A stretch of DNA of 64,000 bases from Octopus vulgaris (GCA_951406725.2 OX597823.1:114762001-114826000); one strand, 5' to 3'; numbered from the stretch's first letter, positions 26,870 through 41,078 are shown. Translations and numbers: made by a program. The notes: generated by a model not told the origin, from the letters alone.

Positions 26870-27358
26870 ATATAAAGCAGGTTTTTGTGAGAGATGAAGA
26901 CATTTCTAAAAATATGCCACATTTCCCAATAAATTACATATAATTGTAGAAAATGTACAGAAAAATATATAGAATATATATTTTTCTAAAATAAAACTAA
27001 TGCGTTTGTGTGTGTGTATATATATATATATATGTGTGATTGTGTGTGTGTGCGTGTGTGTGTGTGCGTGTGTGTGTGCATATACATATATATATATATA
27101 TATGCATATATATGGTGAATATGTGTATATTTATTCAAACACACATCAGATATACACACAGGTCATACCTCAATAAATATTTTCTTTTTTTTGTTTTTAT
27201 TTCTATACTCACTCAGAATTGTTTCCAGCTGGAATGTTTCTGATTTTTTTTTGTTTTTTCCCATCAATATCTTTGAGAAAATGTCCTGCACATTTATCTC
27301 CATAAATCTCATCTCCAAACATAAGAAACCATCACTTATACGGCTTTCGTTATCATAC

Positions 27359-27439
27359 CTTTATAGTCTTGAAGTCTATATCAACATGATATAAAGCAAT
27401 AAGGCCATATTCCAGATCACCAAATTGCCGAATTCTAAG
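27359..27439 (-). CDS. Candidate 81-nt internal exon of an unidentified gene
   Basis: Acceptor TTTATGCTTCATTCAACAG|, donor AAG|GTATGA; phase 0-0 open frame LRIRQFGDLEYGLIALYHVDIDFKTIK. No homology recognised. Confidence 0.35.
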
Positions 27440-27570
27440 CTGTTGAATGAAGCATAAACCGAAATAACAGAATTATTATAAATGTGCTGTGGATATGGCA
27501 AAGCCTTAAACAAACAAATATCAAAAATACGGATACATAAAATACCCTGTAAGCTAACATAGCGAGGTTT

Positions 27571-27990
27571 GGATCATTTCGGTTTGAACGGCAGTTTTTA
27601 ACATAATTTCCAGGTAAATAAAAAATTTTAAACTTCGTATACTGCTAGAATGTGTTTATAAAACATCTTTTTCTCTTGGCTTTATTGAGAAAATTCTATA
27701 GTTTCTAAGATATTTGTTGTTTTTTTCTTCAATTCTGCAATTTCAAATAATGACGTCTATTGAGGTGAAAACATTCTGTGCCGTTTGAATATGTCCCTCG
27801 TTTAAGAAACAGGTTGGGTTTATTTACATTTGTGAAGAAAGAAAAGATACCCTTCCCCCCACCCCTAACCCTAACTAACCCTAACCCTAAAATAGATTGA
27901 AATGCAATAGATCGATACTAGAGTCATAATTATGGGTGATAATTTCATATGAAACCGCTAGAAAAACTGTCGTTCAAATCGAAAAGATCC
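27571..27990. mobile_element. 420-bp MITE with 29-bp TIRs and an 8-bp TSD (Merlin-like)
   Basis: GGATCATTTCGGTTTGAACGGCAGTTTTT versus AAAAACTGTCGTTCAAATCGAAAAGATCC (3 mismatches); CGAGGTTT at 27563-27570 and 27991-27998. Confidence 0.85.
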
Positions 27991-28419
27991 CGAGGTTTTT
28001 CTAACTCCCGATTAAGCAATCTCGTTTTCCTTGCATCAGGATTACGCGTACAGCCGGCTCGGCAGCATTTTAGGCGTGTGGGTAAATCAACGCTTTGGGC
28101 TCTGTAGTATTTACTTATTGAGAGCAAGCTAAAATATATATTTCGTTTTTGGATTTGGTTTGCAGGATTCTTTATATGAGTTCGTGTGTTGAAGCATATT
28201 CTGCTGTGTCTGCGGAGAGTCATTTTCTTTTTGTGCCTTATAATGTAACACGCACACACACACACCGGAAAAACTTTCCACTATTTTCTTATTTTTATTT
28301 TCCTAAAATTTTCGTTGCGTCTTGCAACCTTTTCAGTAGTTTTGACTCAAAAGAGTCCATGCCTTAAAGCTGTACAGATTAGACTTAAACGGTGCCTAAT
28401 GATATACTTGATATTCTCT

Positions 28420-28752
28420 TTGGTGGTTTTGTGGTTACGGGTAATCGGATCATAATCGTAAGATCGTGAGTTCGATTCCCGGCGGCGCGAAGTGTGTTTT
28501 TGGGGGTTTTTTTTTAGCAAGACACTTTATCCCAAGTTGTTCCAATCCACTCAGCTCGTAAAAATGAATAGTACCTGTATTTCAAAGAGCCATCCATATC
28601 ACACCCTGTGCGATGCTGGATCTCCATGAGAACTACGTTAAGCGTACGCGTGTCAGTGGAGTGCTCAGCCGCTTGCACTTCATTTTCACCAACTGGCTCT
28701 GCTGTTAATCAGAACATCTAGAACCCTTGTCGTTGTAACCGACGTAGTGCCA
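28420..28752 (+). mobile_element. tRNA-derived CORE-type SINE, family F
   Basis: B-box GAGTTCGATTCCC and CORE-like GCAAGACACTTTA; related minus-strand fragments at 29205-29400 and 57790-57915. Confidence 0.7.
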
Positions 28753-28824
28753 GTACTATTCTTTTTGCATAAGTTTATAACCCACAATGCAGCAGTAGAA
28801 ATTGGATTTCTAATATTGGATTGG

Positions 28825-29130
28825 TGGAGGCGCAATGGCCCAGCGGTTAGAGCAGCGGACTCGCGGTCGGAGTATCGCGATTTCGATTCCCGGACCAGAC
28901 ATTGTCTGTTTATTGAGCGAAAACTCCTAAAGCTCCATGAGGCTCCGGCAGGGGTTGGTGGCGACCCCTGTTGTAGTCTTTCGCCCCAACTTTCTCTCAC
29001 ACTTTCTTCCTGTTTCTTGAGTAACGCTGTGATGGACTGGCGTCCTGTCCAGCTGGGGAGGAACACATACACCACAGAAACCGGGAAACCGGGCCCATGA
29101 TCCTGGCTAGGCTTGAAAAGGCGCATAAAA
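28825..29130 (+). mobile_element. Family B SINE, full length, with 12-bp TSD
   Basis: tRNA-like head; AATATTGGATTG at 28812-28823 and 29138-29149. Confidence 0.9.
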
Positions 29131-29204
29131 CAAATTAAATATTGGATTGACAATTGACAATTAACCCTTGGGAGCGGGGTTGTTGGGCACTGCGGCCATG
29201 CAGT

Positions 29205-29400
29205 GTATCTAGGGTAAGAAAGCCTGGCAGAACCTATCTCTCTCCAGGCGAAACACTTTTTTACACCTGAGCAGACTGGAGCAACGTGACGTTTTTTTTT
29301 TGTTTTTTCAAGAACACAACGCATCGCCCGGTCCATGAAACGAAACCACAGTCTTACGATCGTTAGTCCAACACCCTAACCACTAATCCACGCACCTCCA
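29205..29400 (-). mobile_element. Family F-related SINE fragment
   Basis: CTGGAGCAACGTGA...CAAGAACACAACGC...CCCTAACCACTAATCCACGC is the reverse complement of the family F head. Confidence 0.6.
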
Positions 29401-29772
29401 CAATATTGTATTACTCGTACTGAAAATAATCAGAGCAATCATATCACCCTTTTGTGTTAATTCGGTAAGATATGCTTTTCAATGTCTAAGTGGAGTCCCC
29501 ATCATCGAGTTTTATTTTGCCGTTTTTAAGTCAAGTAAACAACTGATTGACCAAATTATGATCAAATAACTCCAAACATGACCATCTCGTATTTCCTTTA
29601 GGATTATATTATTCATGTATCTTTGTTTTCAAGGCCGTTGTGTTTGACTTTAGGGAGTTTTACTGAATATTTCTAGCACTTCGTGCGATTACACAGAATT
29701 TTTGTTCTTAGTTCGTTTAACTGCACACAGATGAAAATATGTATGTATACATCTATACATATACACACATGC

Positions 29773-29815
<43 letters not shown>

Positions 29816-30189
29816 TGTGTATGTATGTATATAAGCATATCACCGATGTTCTATTCACTAGGATTGTTCGTTCACTTTACACTCACACGCGCACACATGC
29901 ATACACATGCATTTGCTGCATATATACCATTGACATACCTCATATGCCACATATACACTCATCCACTACATATACAGCTCTCTCACTTTCTCTTTCTCTC
30001 TCACTCTCTCTCTCTCACTCACTCTCTCTCTCTCTCTCTATCTATCTCTCTCTCTTCCTCACTCCTTCAGTTCATTACAATTAGTGACACATCTACTGTA
30101 CATAAAATCAGCAACGTTTAGCTCGTAATGGCCTTGTTTCAATGGTCCTTTATTACACACATACACGCATAGACACTCATTCACACTCA

Positions 30190-30255
<66 letters not shown>

Positions 30256-31311
30256 TAAACACACACATTTTTTCACACATGCAGACACACTCACAAACCT
30301 CCAAACGCACACAGCCATCTGATGGAGTGTAGCTAAGCTCATTCATACACACACACATATACATAAACACGCTGAGTAGTAACGCTGTCACTCAGCATAT
30401 ATCTGCATACGTAATCATACACAATTGACTTACGTACAGAAATAATACTTACATCGAGACATAGAGGCACACTCATACAAAAAAGTGGAAGCATAGAGAC
30501 ACACATAATCGTATGTGTTTTTATCCTTTCGCAATCACACGACATCACACACAGAGAAAAGAATCAAACATACTGCCGTCACACACAGAAGCACACAAAC
30601 GTACACATGCATGCCCACAATACACCGCGCAAATTACAATATACACCACACACTAACACACATAAATAAGCATACACACTTCCTCAGTTCATTCTCCTAT
30701 TTATCTCCATTCCTCGCAAACAGTACCAACCTTCATGACTGGAGAGCGATAATCAAGGGGGGTAACAATCAATATATTACTAGTCAGGTGAGGTATATAT
30801 AAGTGAAAGTCTATAGGAATGACCGTTGGCTTGCTGCCCATTTACCATTGATCTCTCGCTATGTCGGTGACTTTAATCAGTCCATGTATTGATTTGGTGT
30901 AAAAGAGAAGGGGAGAGAGTGGGGGAGGAAGGGATGTGGTTGGTTGCCAATTTGTGTAGAGAACCGTACTGCAGACCGTTACGTTTTTATGGTTCCTTCA
31001 AAACAGCTTGTAGAGTCAGGCACGCGTAATTATGTTTGTGTGGGTGTGGGCGAGTGAGTATGTATATATATATATTCATGTGGGTGTATATATATATTTG
31101 TATACATATGTGTGTATATATGTATGTATATGTTTATATGTGTGTGTACGTGCATAATGTGTGTATGTTTGAGTACACCGGTTTTTAGTGTTTGTGAGTA
31201 CACATCGATTCGTGTGTGTATGTGTGTGTGTGTGTGTATAAATATACATATACACAGACATACATATAGATACTTGCATATATACATATGTGTGATGATT
31301 ATATTCCTGCA

Positions 31312-31398
<87 letters not shown>

Positions 31399-31515
31399 AT
31401 ATATGTATGTATGTATATGCATTTATATATATAATTGCTATTTTTAAGTGCATCTGTTTTGTGTAAGCGTGGTGTGCATGCGTATTATTTGCTTTCAATC
31501 ATTTACTTGTCTCTC

Positions 31516-31551
<36 letters not shown>

Positions 31552-31604
31552 CATATATAAATAATACACGCATATATATATACATACATAATGACATACA
31601 TGCA

Positions 31605-31642
<38 letters not shown>

Positions 31643-31645
31643 TTT

Positions 31646-31688
<43 letters not shown>

Positions 31689-32520
31689 AAGTGAGAAAGA
31701 CAGTCTGAGAGATTGTGCGTGCCTGCTGCCCTTGTATGTGTATTTGTCTGTTATTTTTACCCCTGTGTTCATATAAATGAAAGGAAACCCCGACGTAGTT
31801 TGATTTTTTGTCTATTAATATGTATGCCACGTACCTATATTTATATACATAAGCAAATATATACATATGTGTGTATATGTGTGGTATATATGAGTGTGTT
31901 CTGTGTGTTTAATATACGTATAAATATGCAAGTACATACATGCATACTTATATACATATGTGTATACATGTGTATGTATTTCTGCATATATATTTATATA
32001 TACACACAGATATATTAGAAATTTCATAAGTGAAACGATGAATTTGATGAGGTAAAGAGCAGACAATAAAATAAATCATATATGGTGCTGGAGACGTAAA
32101 ATGTGTGGTGGACGGAGTGTAGAAAGATAAAAACAAATCAATAACGATCAAAGAATGTGTACAATGAAAATAAATACTTGAAATGAAATGAATAGAAGAA
32201 GAGCTAACATTTCGAGCTATGCTTTTATAAAAGAGAAGAAAAGAAAATTAAAAGAAATTAGAAAAGGAAGTGAACAAAATATTCGACGCCTGTTTACATT
32301 GCAAGCTTAGTGTAAAAATCTGTGCGAGCGTGTGTGGATATATTCATGTACATGTGTGTGTGTGCATGAGTGTGTGTGTGTGTGTGTGTATACGTAGTTG
32401 GCAATGGATGCATGGCGTTGAGTTAAATAATAATATAGATAATATATATGTATATATATACATATATATGTATGTATATATATATATATATATATGTATG
32501 TATATATATATAAATATGTG

Positions 32521-32696
32521 TTGATCGCTAAATGCACAAGTTTTTTTTATCCTCTCTGTCTATTTTCTCGTATCCCTTTCTGCTGTAGAGTGTAGGCTCG
32601 AAACATAAAGGACTTTCTCACTTTCCCGAGCGTCAAACTAATACACCTGCTTGTTGTTCATACATCTGTCTTCCTCTTTTGTTTTTCCGTAATTTC

Positions 32697-32700
<4 letters not shown>
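32521..32700 (+). mobile_element. Family D repeat (degenerate copy)
   Basis: GTAGGCTCGAAACATAAAGGACTTT...CTAATACACCTGCTTGTTG matches 19244-19430; ends at (TA)n. Confidence 0.7.
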
Positions 32701-32748
<48 letters not shown>

Positions 32749-33135
32749 ATATGTATGTATGTGTGTGTGTGTAATGTTATTAGTGAGATCAAAAATAAAT
32801 TCTTCCAACTGTTAAAAGACAATTATTATTTAATATACAGTGGTTAGTTCGTAATAATAACAAGGCCGGTTTCCCGGTTTCTCTGGCATATATATTTCAC
32901 CCTGGATGGAGTACCGGTCCGTCGCACGATTAGACATTTTTACCGGCTGAGTGGCTTAAGTGCAAGCTGCTATTAGTCTCATGTGTCTGAAAAAATGAGG
33001 TTCGGACAACTGCCAGGAAATAAACGACACGCCATATAAGCTTGGTCGATCGTCGTATTTTCAGAGGCCTGAAACAAATAGGAGATCACAAACAAAACCC
33101 TCTGTATATCAATATATATATCAACATGTCAATAA

Positions 33136-33176
<41 letters not shown>

Positions 33177-33178
<2 letters not shown>

Positions 33179-33584
33179 TGCAGGAGTGGCTGTGTGGTAA
33201 GTAGCTTGCTTACCAACCGCATGGTTCCGGGCTCAGTCCCACTGCATGGCACCTTAGGCATGTGTCTTCTACTATAGCCTCGGGCCGACCAAAGCCTTGT
33301 GAGTGGATTTGTTAGGCGGAAACTCTAAGATGCCTGTCGTATAGATGCATATATATATATATGTGTGTGTGCGTATGTGTTTGTGCGTCTGTGTTTGTCC
33401 TCCCCCCCCCCCAAGGTCGCTTGACAACCGATGCTGGTGTATTTTCGTTCCCGTAACATAGCGGTTCGGCAAAAGATAGAATAAGTACTAGGCTTACAAA
33501 GAATAAGTCCTGGGGTCGATTTGCTCGACTAAAGGTGGTGCTACAGCATGGCCGCAGTCAAATGACTGAAACAAGTAAAAGAGT
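33177..33584 (+). mobile_element. Family C (CORE-type) SINE, full length, with an internal microsatellite
   Basis: tRNA-like head GTGGCTGTGTGGTAAG...CAGTCCCACTG, CORE-like GGCACCTTAGGCATGTGTCTT, tail GCATGGCCGCAGTCAAATGACTGAAACAAGTAAAAGAG. Confidence 0.85.
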
Positions 33585-33606
33585 ATGCACGCACACATAC
33601 ATATAC

Positions 33607-33637
<31 letters not shown>

Positions 33638-33711
33638 TGTATGTATGTATGTATGTATGTATGTATGTATGTATGTATAATGTACACACAAACAGACACA
33701 TATACACACAC

Positions 33712-33870
33712 AATGACTTAATTCAGTTTCTGTCTACCAAATCCCCTCTCAAGGCTTTCGTCAGCTCGAGGCTATATTGGAAGACACTTCGCCAAGATGT
33801 CACGCGGTGGGACTGAACTCAAGACTGCATGGTTGGAATTGCAAGCTCCTTGCCCACACACCTATCGCCT
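33712..33870 (-). mobile_element. Degenerate family C SINE 5' half
   Basis: Reverse complement of the 33177-33340 region. Confidence 0.65.
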
Positions 33871-34588
33871 TATGTGTGTATTACACGCGCGTTGTAACCC
33901 TATATATTTGTTTAAAGTCTTCGTTCTTTTGCATAATATTTCTAAACTTTTTCTTCATACCTACTTTTATGTTATTTTTCTCATCACTACCTTTATGATA
34001 TATTCTTTATATTTCTAATTTGTGAGCAGTACGATCGTTACTTCACGACGTTGTTGATCGTGGTGAGAGCTAAAAATGGACGACTCTGCAAATCGAACGG
34101 ACGCATATACATCACAGGGTATTTTGGTACGAATGCAGAAGTGTATTTACTTCGCACGCCATTTTATTCCATAAGATTTACTTTTCGTCAGCCCCGCAGA
34201 TGATGGTCAGTCATGTAGCCCTGATGAGTTTTAAGAAAGTAAAAACATGATAGTCGTTTCTCACTCTCGTTGGTCGAATACTCTACAATGCTTTCCGCGT
34301 TTATTATTGGACGTTTATATCATCCCGCTGATGTTGAATATTCTCCACGATTGAGAAGTAAACATCTTCTCAAAATATGTATATAGGTATATATGTGTGT
34401 GAATTATTGTACGCAACTATACTTGTATATATGTGTATGCATGCGTATGTACACATGTGTGTGTAAAAGTATCCATGACAAGCTCTCCCCTCGAAGATGA
34501 CGCTTGACACAAACATATATATATATATAGGGAGAGAGAGAGATAGAGAGATGTGTGTGTGTGTATTGCGTTTGTGTACACACACATA

Positions 34589-34646
<58 letters not shown>

Positions 34647-34843
34647 GGAATAAAAGGATGCGTGGCGTTCGTGTGGAGTAGATGAAACAGGGACAACTGA
34701 TGAAGGGGAATATTCTTTATGTCGCACGTCTCGTTTCTCTGTTGTTCGAAAAAAAAATGCTCGTTTTCTATGTTTTTGTTTTTATGTTTTCGTTTCTCAT
34801 TCTGTTCAACGTTTTTTTTTTCATGTCCTGTACCCATATATGC

Positions 34844-34908
<65 letters not shown>

Positions 34909-35003
34909 GGTATGTACATATATACATATATGCATATATGCATGCATATACACAGATATATTGATATAGATACGTTTATATATGCAAACATATATGTAGT
35001 TGA

Positions 35004-35095
<92 letters not shown>

Positions 35096-36464
35096 TTATG
35101 CGTGTGAGTTAATAAAAAAAAACCAAGCTGTCCTCCTCAAGCACTATGACTTCGATGCTGCTCTAGGTGCCAATATATTGACGACCCACACACCTTGAGT
35201 CAACGGAACATCAAAGACGTGACAAAGGGAAAGAATATGAACTTTGCTCGCCTCGTTACAGCATCGTCAGAGGGTGTGTCCAGCTATTTATAGATTTCAT
35301 ATTGCTCTTCAACGGTTCGTTGCACTCCGAAAAAATGCTGATGATGATGATGATGTTAGTGAGCACGTGCTTATTATGCCAACCATCAAACAGCCTTGTC
35401 CGCGGCTGAATTCTACCATTCATTCAAAAGCCCTTCCACCTCCCAGCACTTGTGAACATAATGTGTAGCAAAAGAAATCTGAACAGCTCTACAACGTTTG
35501 TGTGCGCGCGTGCGTGTGTGTGTGTGTGTGTGTGGTGCGTGAGTGTGTGTGTTTATGCGTGCATGTATGTTTGTACATACACATATGTGTGTGTGTGTGT
35601 GTGTGTTAATATATATATGTATATGTATATAATGGCTATAAGAAAATCTGAAAAATTGCTCACACACACACACATATATATGTATTATATACATACATAC
35701 ATGCATGCATATATGCATACATATGTATGTATGTATGCATGCATGTTTTTATGTATGTGTGTACATATGTATGTATGTATGTATGTATGTGTGTACATAT
35801 GTATCTATGTATGCATGCATGTGTGTATGTATGAATGTATGTATGTATGTATGTATGTATGTATGTATGTATGTATGTATGCGTATCGTAGTAGATTCAG
35901 GTTCCATATATTCACTCCGTTAATATATTAAATAATATCTTAGAAATGAAATGTATGCATTCAACTGGTTGTCCTGTCACAAAGGAAATTATTAGCGAGA
36001 GCGGTGGAGTATATGAACTGAAAACATTGCGAAGTAAAAATGCCTCGCAGTACTTAAGTAGTACTCTTACGCGTGAGTCTAAAACTCCATTTTTGTTCGC
36101 TTCGCTTCCTCTTCTGAAATTTGTGAAATACTGGGTCGTCCTGATTTATTTGAGACTTTGTGAATTATTTGTGACAATGTGTTCAGGGTACTCAACGATG
36201 GTAATCTTTATATCCTATGTAACGAAGGTATATTATTAGAATGGTGTATACTGTGGTTTACGCCTTGAAAGATCATCTTTTACAGGCGTATGGGGCTAAG
36301 AGTACAAATATATATCATAACAGACGAGAGAACTCTGGAATGTACGTTGGAACGATTTCAGTGTACTGTTCTTCTTCAGTAGCAAGCCTCGGTTGCCGTA
36401 TACCAGCCAAATCTCACTGCCAACGATATAACGATATAACAGTGTTTTGGTCATTGAAGGTTAA

Positions 36465-36543
<79 letters not shown>

Positions 36544-36549
<6 letters not shown>

Positions 36550-36752
36550 CGACAGAGGCAGCATTAATGACGAATGGCAATCTTTATATCTTAATAAACC
36601 TGATGTATTATGAAAACACCGAATACTGCAGTATATTCGACTATATATATATATATATATGTATTAGCGACAGAAGCATTAATGACGAATGGCAATCTTA
36701 ATATATTAATAAACCTGATGTATTATGAAAACACCAAATACTGAGGTATATT
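36544..36752. repeat. Tandem duplication of an approximately 93-bp unit, each copy preceded by (TA)n
   Basis: TATTAGCGACAGA...AAACCTGATGTATTATGAAAACACC at 36544-36637 and 36662-36752. Confidence 0.8.
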
Positions 36753-37067
36753 TGATTTGAGGGGTTCTTTATATAGGTGTGTGTTACTAAGCGCGCTAAC
36801 ATATATCGTAGCGGACGTGAACCGCCTGTCATGGGCGCTGGAACTATCTTTTCACTCAATTTCAGCGCTTCCTCATGATACATCCAAGTTAAGGAGGATA
36901 TAAAAGATACTGTTATTCGATATGTTTTAAAGACGGCATTCTGGAGAATATATTTCCATCTATAGGAAGATATACGTGAAATGATCACGAGTGAAACGTC
37001 TTTCATTTTGGATCTTCACGATCGGAGTTGCCTCGATGTGAAGCAACAGCAATTCTTTCTACTATAT

Positions 37068-37415
37068 GTTTCATTATTACCCACAAGGGGCTAAACATAG
37101 AGGGGACAAACGAATTAAGTCGATTACATCGACCCCAGTGCGTAACTGGTACTTAGTTTATCGACCCCCGAAAGGATGACAGGCAAATTTGAACTCAGAA
37201 CGTAACGGCAGACGAAATACGGCTACGCATTTCGCCCGGCGTGCTAACGGTTCTGCCAGCTCCTCACCGCCTTTCTACTATAGGCACAAGGCCTACAATT
37301 TTGTGAGGATGGACGAGTTGATTACATAGACTCCACTGCTCAACTGGTACTTATTTTTCCGACCCACAGACTATGAACGGCTAAGTCAACCGCAGTGACA
37401 TTTGAACTCAGAACG
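37068..37415 (-). mobile_element. Two adjacent family A SINEs (one near full length, one degenerate variant)
   Basis: 37068-37272 is the reverse complement of 3453-3685 with deletions; 37273-37415 carries the alternative tail and a decayed core. Confidence 0.75.
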
Positions 37416-37962
37416 CAAAAAGCTGGTTTATGTACAACAATGACATGTATATCCATTTCTCCTTTATTGCTCTTCCTGAAGAGAGTTTTACAAACATTTG
37501 AGTTTTAGTTGCAGCTAATTTATCTAATTATTCATTAATAAACAAAATATGCTACCATTTTCTGCAGTTGTACACAAATGGTTGGAGAAAGTGGAATAGC
37601 ATCCTACGAACAATTTATGAGAGACTATCAGAGGTCTTGTCAGAGAAATGGCATTAAGTGTATACCTACGCCATTTTCGAAATCTGTTTACCAAACCTCA
37701 AATTTTATGAAAAGGATAAGTTAACCCTCTGACATTGTCGCACGACATTCAGAGCTGGACAGAACATTAATATCATCAATCTAGGCCGTAATTGTTGTTA
37801 TTGCTTAGTTCCAGTTCAGTCCTGGTGGAATATCAAAGACATCTAGGCAAGACCATCTTGGTTTGAATATTTTCCATTGTTAGTATATGTGAAGCAATTC
37901 CATCTAACGTTTTTTTTTTTTTTGCAAGCGTTTCTTACGAATTTGATTCAAAATATTAAATA

Positions 37963-38326
37963 CTAGCCCTATGACCCGGCGTTGCTGGGTCATAGTGCTA
38001 GCGCCTGCATATACAGCTGCGTGCGTGCGCACATATACGCGAGTTCTGTCGAAATCTCCGACCAGTCACATACAGCTAACTGGCATTCAATTGGTGTATC
38101 AAGTTTCGGGAATTTTGATTGGGTTTTGGATAGAAAACTCACAAAAAAGTCACTTCTATTGATTTTTTTAATGGCTTTGCGGGGTGACTGAGGAAATGTA
38201 AAGATGTGCACGACCTCCCTTGGACGGTTTTAAATGACTATAGAAAGTGCGAGCCCTCTAACTGAAATATTGTGGATTTGTATAAAGGACACACAGAGAC
38301 ATTTTGCCGTTTATATATATAGAAGA
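37963..38326 (-). mobile_element. Non-autonomous Helitron (different family from 20699 and 58700)
   Basis: Minus strand: A|TCTTCTATATATATAAA start; 3' hairpin TATGACCCAGCAACGCCGGGTCATA followed by CTAG|T. Confidence 0.8.
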
Positions 38327-39186
38327 TACTTTGTTATGATTTGATGACATTAAAGTTTATGATTTTGTACCATAACTCAGAGTAAATGCCAGAAGTCACA
38401 TATTAGGGGCTACCGAGTTTCTTCACATTTACTCTACTTGTAAAGGCTCTTAATTTTGAGGCCTGAGAATAAACGGTAACAATTTTCTGGACTAACATAT
38501 TTAGACTCACTAAAGGTTATAATTCAGAATTGAGTAAGACAAGGTGACAATTGGAATACGTAACATGACACTAAACTAGAAGCTTGTCTGATTATTGAAT
38601 CATTTCCAACCGACGTCCAGTAACTAATCTCAGTCAGTTGCCAGTTATACAATCTCACTTCAGCAAAAGAGATGACAGCTAAATTACTGAAAATTACTTG
38701 CTTTAACATTACGGCTGGCGAACGGAAGACTGCACAAATGATGAATCCCAATGAGCAGTTTTCAGTTCTGTCTCACTTAACTGCTCTTACTAATTCAAAT
38801 TAGTGTTACAATTATATTAAAGACACGACAGTCTGAAAACGTTAAAGTATTCCAATAGTTCAAGCCCGATATTACTGATATAATTTATGAAACTTTCAAC
38901 TAAAGATTTTTCGGATGATAAGGGAACATCTTCGGCGCTGTTAACCTCACTTACACCACGAATGAAAATATGTTATCAATTACCTTGAAGTGTAAACAAA
39001 AAATTGAATATTTCAAACAGTTATAAATTAAAATTTAGTTCGTAATAAATACGTTATGCTATATGGACTGAATAATTATTCACTCATTTGTGTATTTCAG
39101 CATCTCTCCCTCTTTCTCTCCCCTCTCTCTTTCAACATATGTGTTTATGAGAGTGTGCTTTTCCTTACACTTATATCTGTCATCAC

Positions 39187-39420
39187 AAGGCGGCGAGCTG
39201 GCAGAAACGTCAGCGCGCCGGGCGAAATGCTTAGCGGTATTTCGTCTGCCGTTACGTTCTGAGTTAAAATTCCGCCGAGGCCGACTTTGCCTTTCATCCT
39301 TTCGGGGTCGATAAATTAAGTACCAGTTGCGTACTGGGGTCGATGTAATGGACTTAATCCCTTGGTCTGTCCTTGTTTGTCCCCTCTACGTTTAGCCCCT
39401 TGTGGGCAGTAAAGGAATAT
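39187..39420 (+). mobile_element. Family A SINE (full length)
   Basis: Near-identical to 3453-3685. Confidence 0.9.
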
Positions 39421-40129
39421 ATATCTGTCATCACTCGAAATTGAGGGTTTCATTGTTTTGCGTCCCCATGGAGTCGCCAGCAGTATGCTTACACGCATGC
39501 ATTTACGAATTTATGCATATAAACCTAAATGTTCCTGCGAATCTATATACACACGATTTTACGTAAGCAACCACGATTGCCAACGAATGTGTATTCCGTA
39601 CGACTGGATTGTGTATGTATACACATTCACGTGTTTACATGACTGTGCTTTTATAAATACATGCACACGTCTCTATATAAGTATATGCACTTATAGCATA
39701 CTAAATTTCTGAAATGTTTTGCATATTTTCACAGTGCCCCTACTAGTCTTCAGTTGTAAATTCGTTCTTTTTTTTATCTACAGTAATTACAGATATGAAT
39801 TTACCGTAGATGTTTATTTCTCACTAATCTTTAAAGACTACGTGTAACACCTGCTGGGTAATTGATTTCCGCAATCTGATAGGTATACTACCGAGAAACA
39901 ACATCACTCATATGTTGAAGGATTCAACACCATGATGGGGTCTAGGATGTGGACTGCAAAAAAGATAGGAAATGGTAAGGTCGTGGCTGAAATCCCTTTT
40001 GATCAAAGGTGTTGCGCAATGAAGAAAGACCCAGGATTAACCAATGACATAAAAAGCAGCATTCGCTTTATGTCATTTTCTCTCGTTATCAACAACACAC
40101 GCATGGGACACGTATGTCGGTGGAATTTC

Positions 40130-40802
40130 GTTGTTGTTGTTCTTGTTGTTGTTGGTAGTGGTGGTGGTGGTGGTGGTGGTGGTGGTGGTTTTGGTGGTGG
40201 GAGTGTTGGTGGCAATAAATGGTGGTGATAATAGATGGTGGTGGTCGTCATCGTGGTCATCATGTGACTGGTGGTGAGGGTGGTGGGGTGGCGGCGGCGG
40301 TGGTGATGGTAGTGTTGTTGTTGTTGTTGGTGATGGTGGTGGTGGTGGTGGTGATGGTGGTGGTGGTGGTGGTGGTGGCGGTGATGGTGGTTTAGTTTCT
40401 CTGATCAACCAGACATATCAAATGTGTTCCGGCCGTAACCATCCATCCTGTCATTTTCCTAAGCGCGATGTATCCAATACTGTACTCTATAGGGTTTCTT
40501 TTGCTAAGAGGATGAGACGTGATATTTTACTGCTATTTCTAGCATGATGAATGAACGCATAGATACCCTGCGCTAATCTGATCTACAGAATAACTAAAGC
40601 CACAGGTGTTTCCGACGAAAATTAACATCAACATTCCAGAAATGGGAGGGATTTTACAAAGTGCCATAACCATTACTCTGTCTCCTCCAATTAAATAACA
40701 ATTGCCGTCGATGATGACGATGATGCTGATGATAATGATGATGATCATCACCATTGTGCTGGTGCTAGTGGTGGGGGTGGTGCTGCTGCTACTGCTACTG
40801 CT

Positions 40803-40833
<31 letters not shown>

Positions 40834-40836
40834 ATG

Positions 40837-40872
<36 letters not shown>

Positions 40873-41001
40873 GTGGTGGTGGTGGTGCTGCTGCTGCTAC
40901 TACTGCAGATGATGATGTTGACGACGACGATGACGATCATGATGATGATGATGATGATGGTGATGACGATGATGATGATAAGGAGGAGGAGGATGATAGT
41001 T

Positions 41002-41078
<77 letters not shown>

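Noticed and set aside
27863-27890. (CCCTAA)n as a chromosome end or telomere fusion site
   Set aside because: Only four units, lying inside a TSD-flanked MITE.
34200-34256. CUGAUGAG hammerhead-like core
   Set aside because: No GAAA box after the putative helix II and no helix I pairing; at best a decayed remnant.
34695-34745. CUGAUGAAGGGGAAUAUUC hammerhead-like start
   Set aside because: The second half of the core is absent.
36698-37006. 102-aa minus-strand ORF as a gene
   Set aside because: No recognisable domain, no convincing donor site, and it runs into a local tandem duplication.
39890-39960. Strong minus-strand acceptor (TTTTTTGCAG) as an exon
   Set aside because: All three frames stop within about 16 codons and the only candidate donor is weak.
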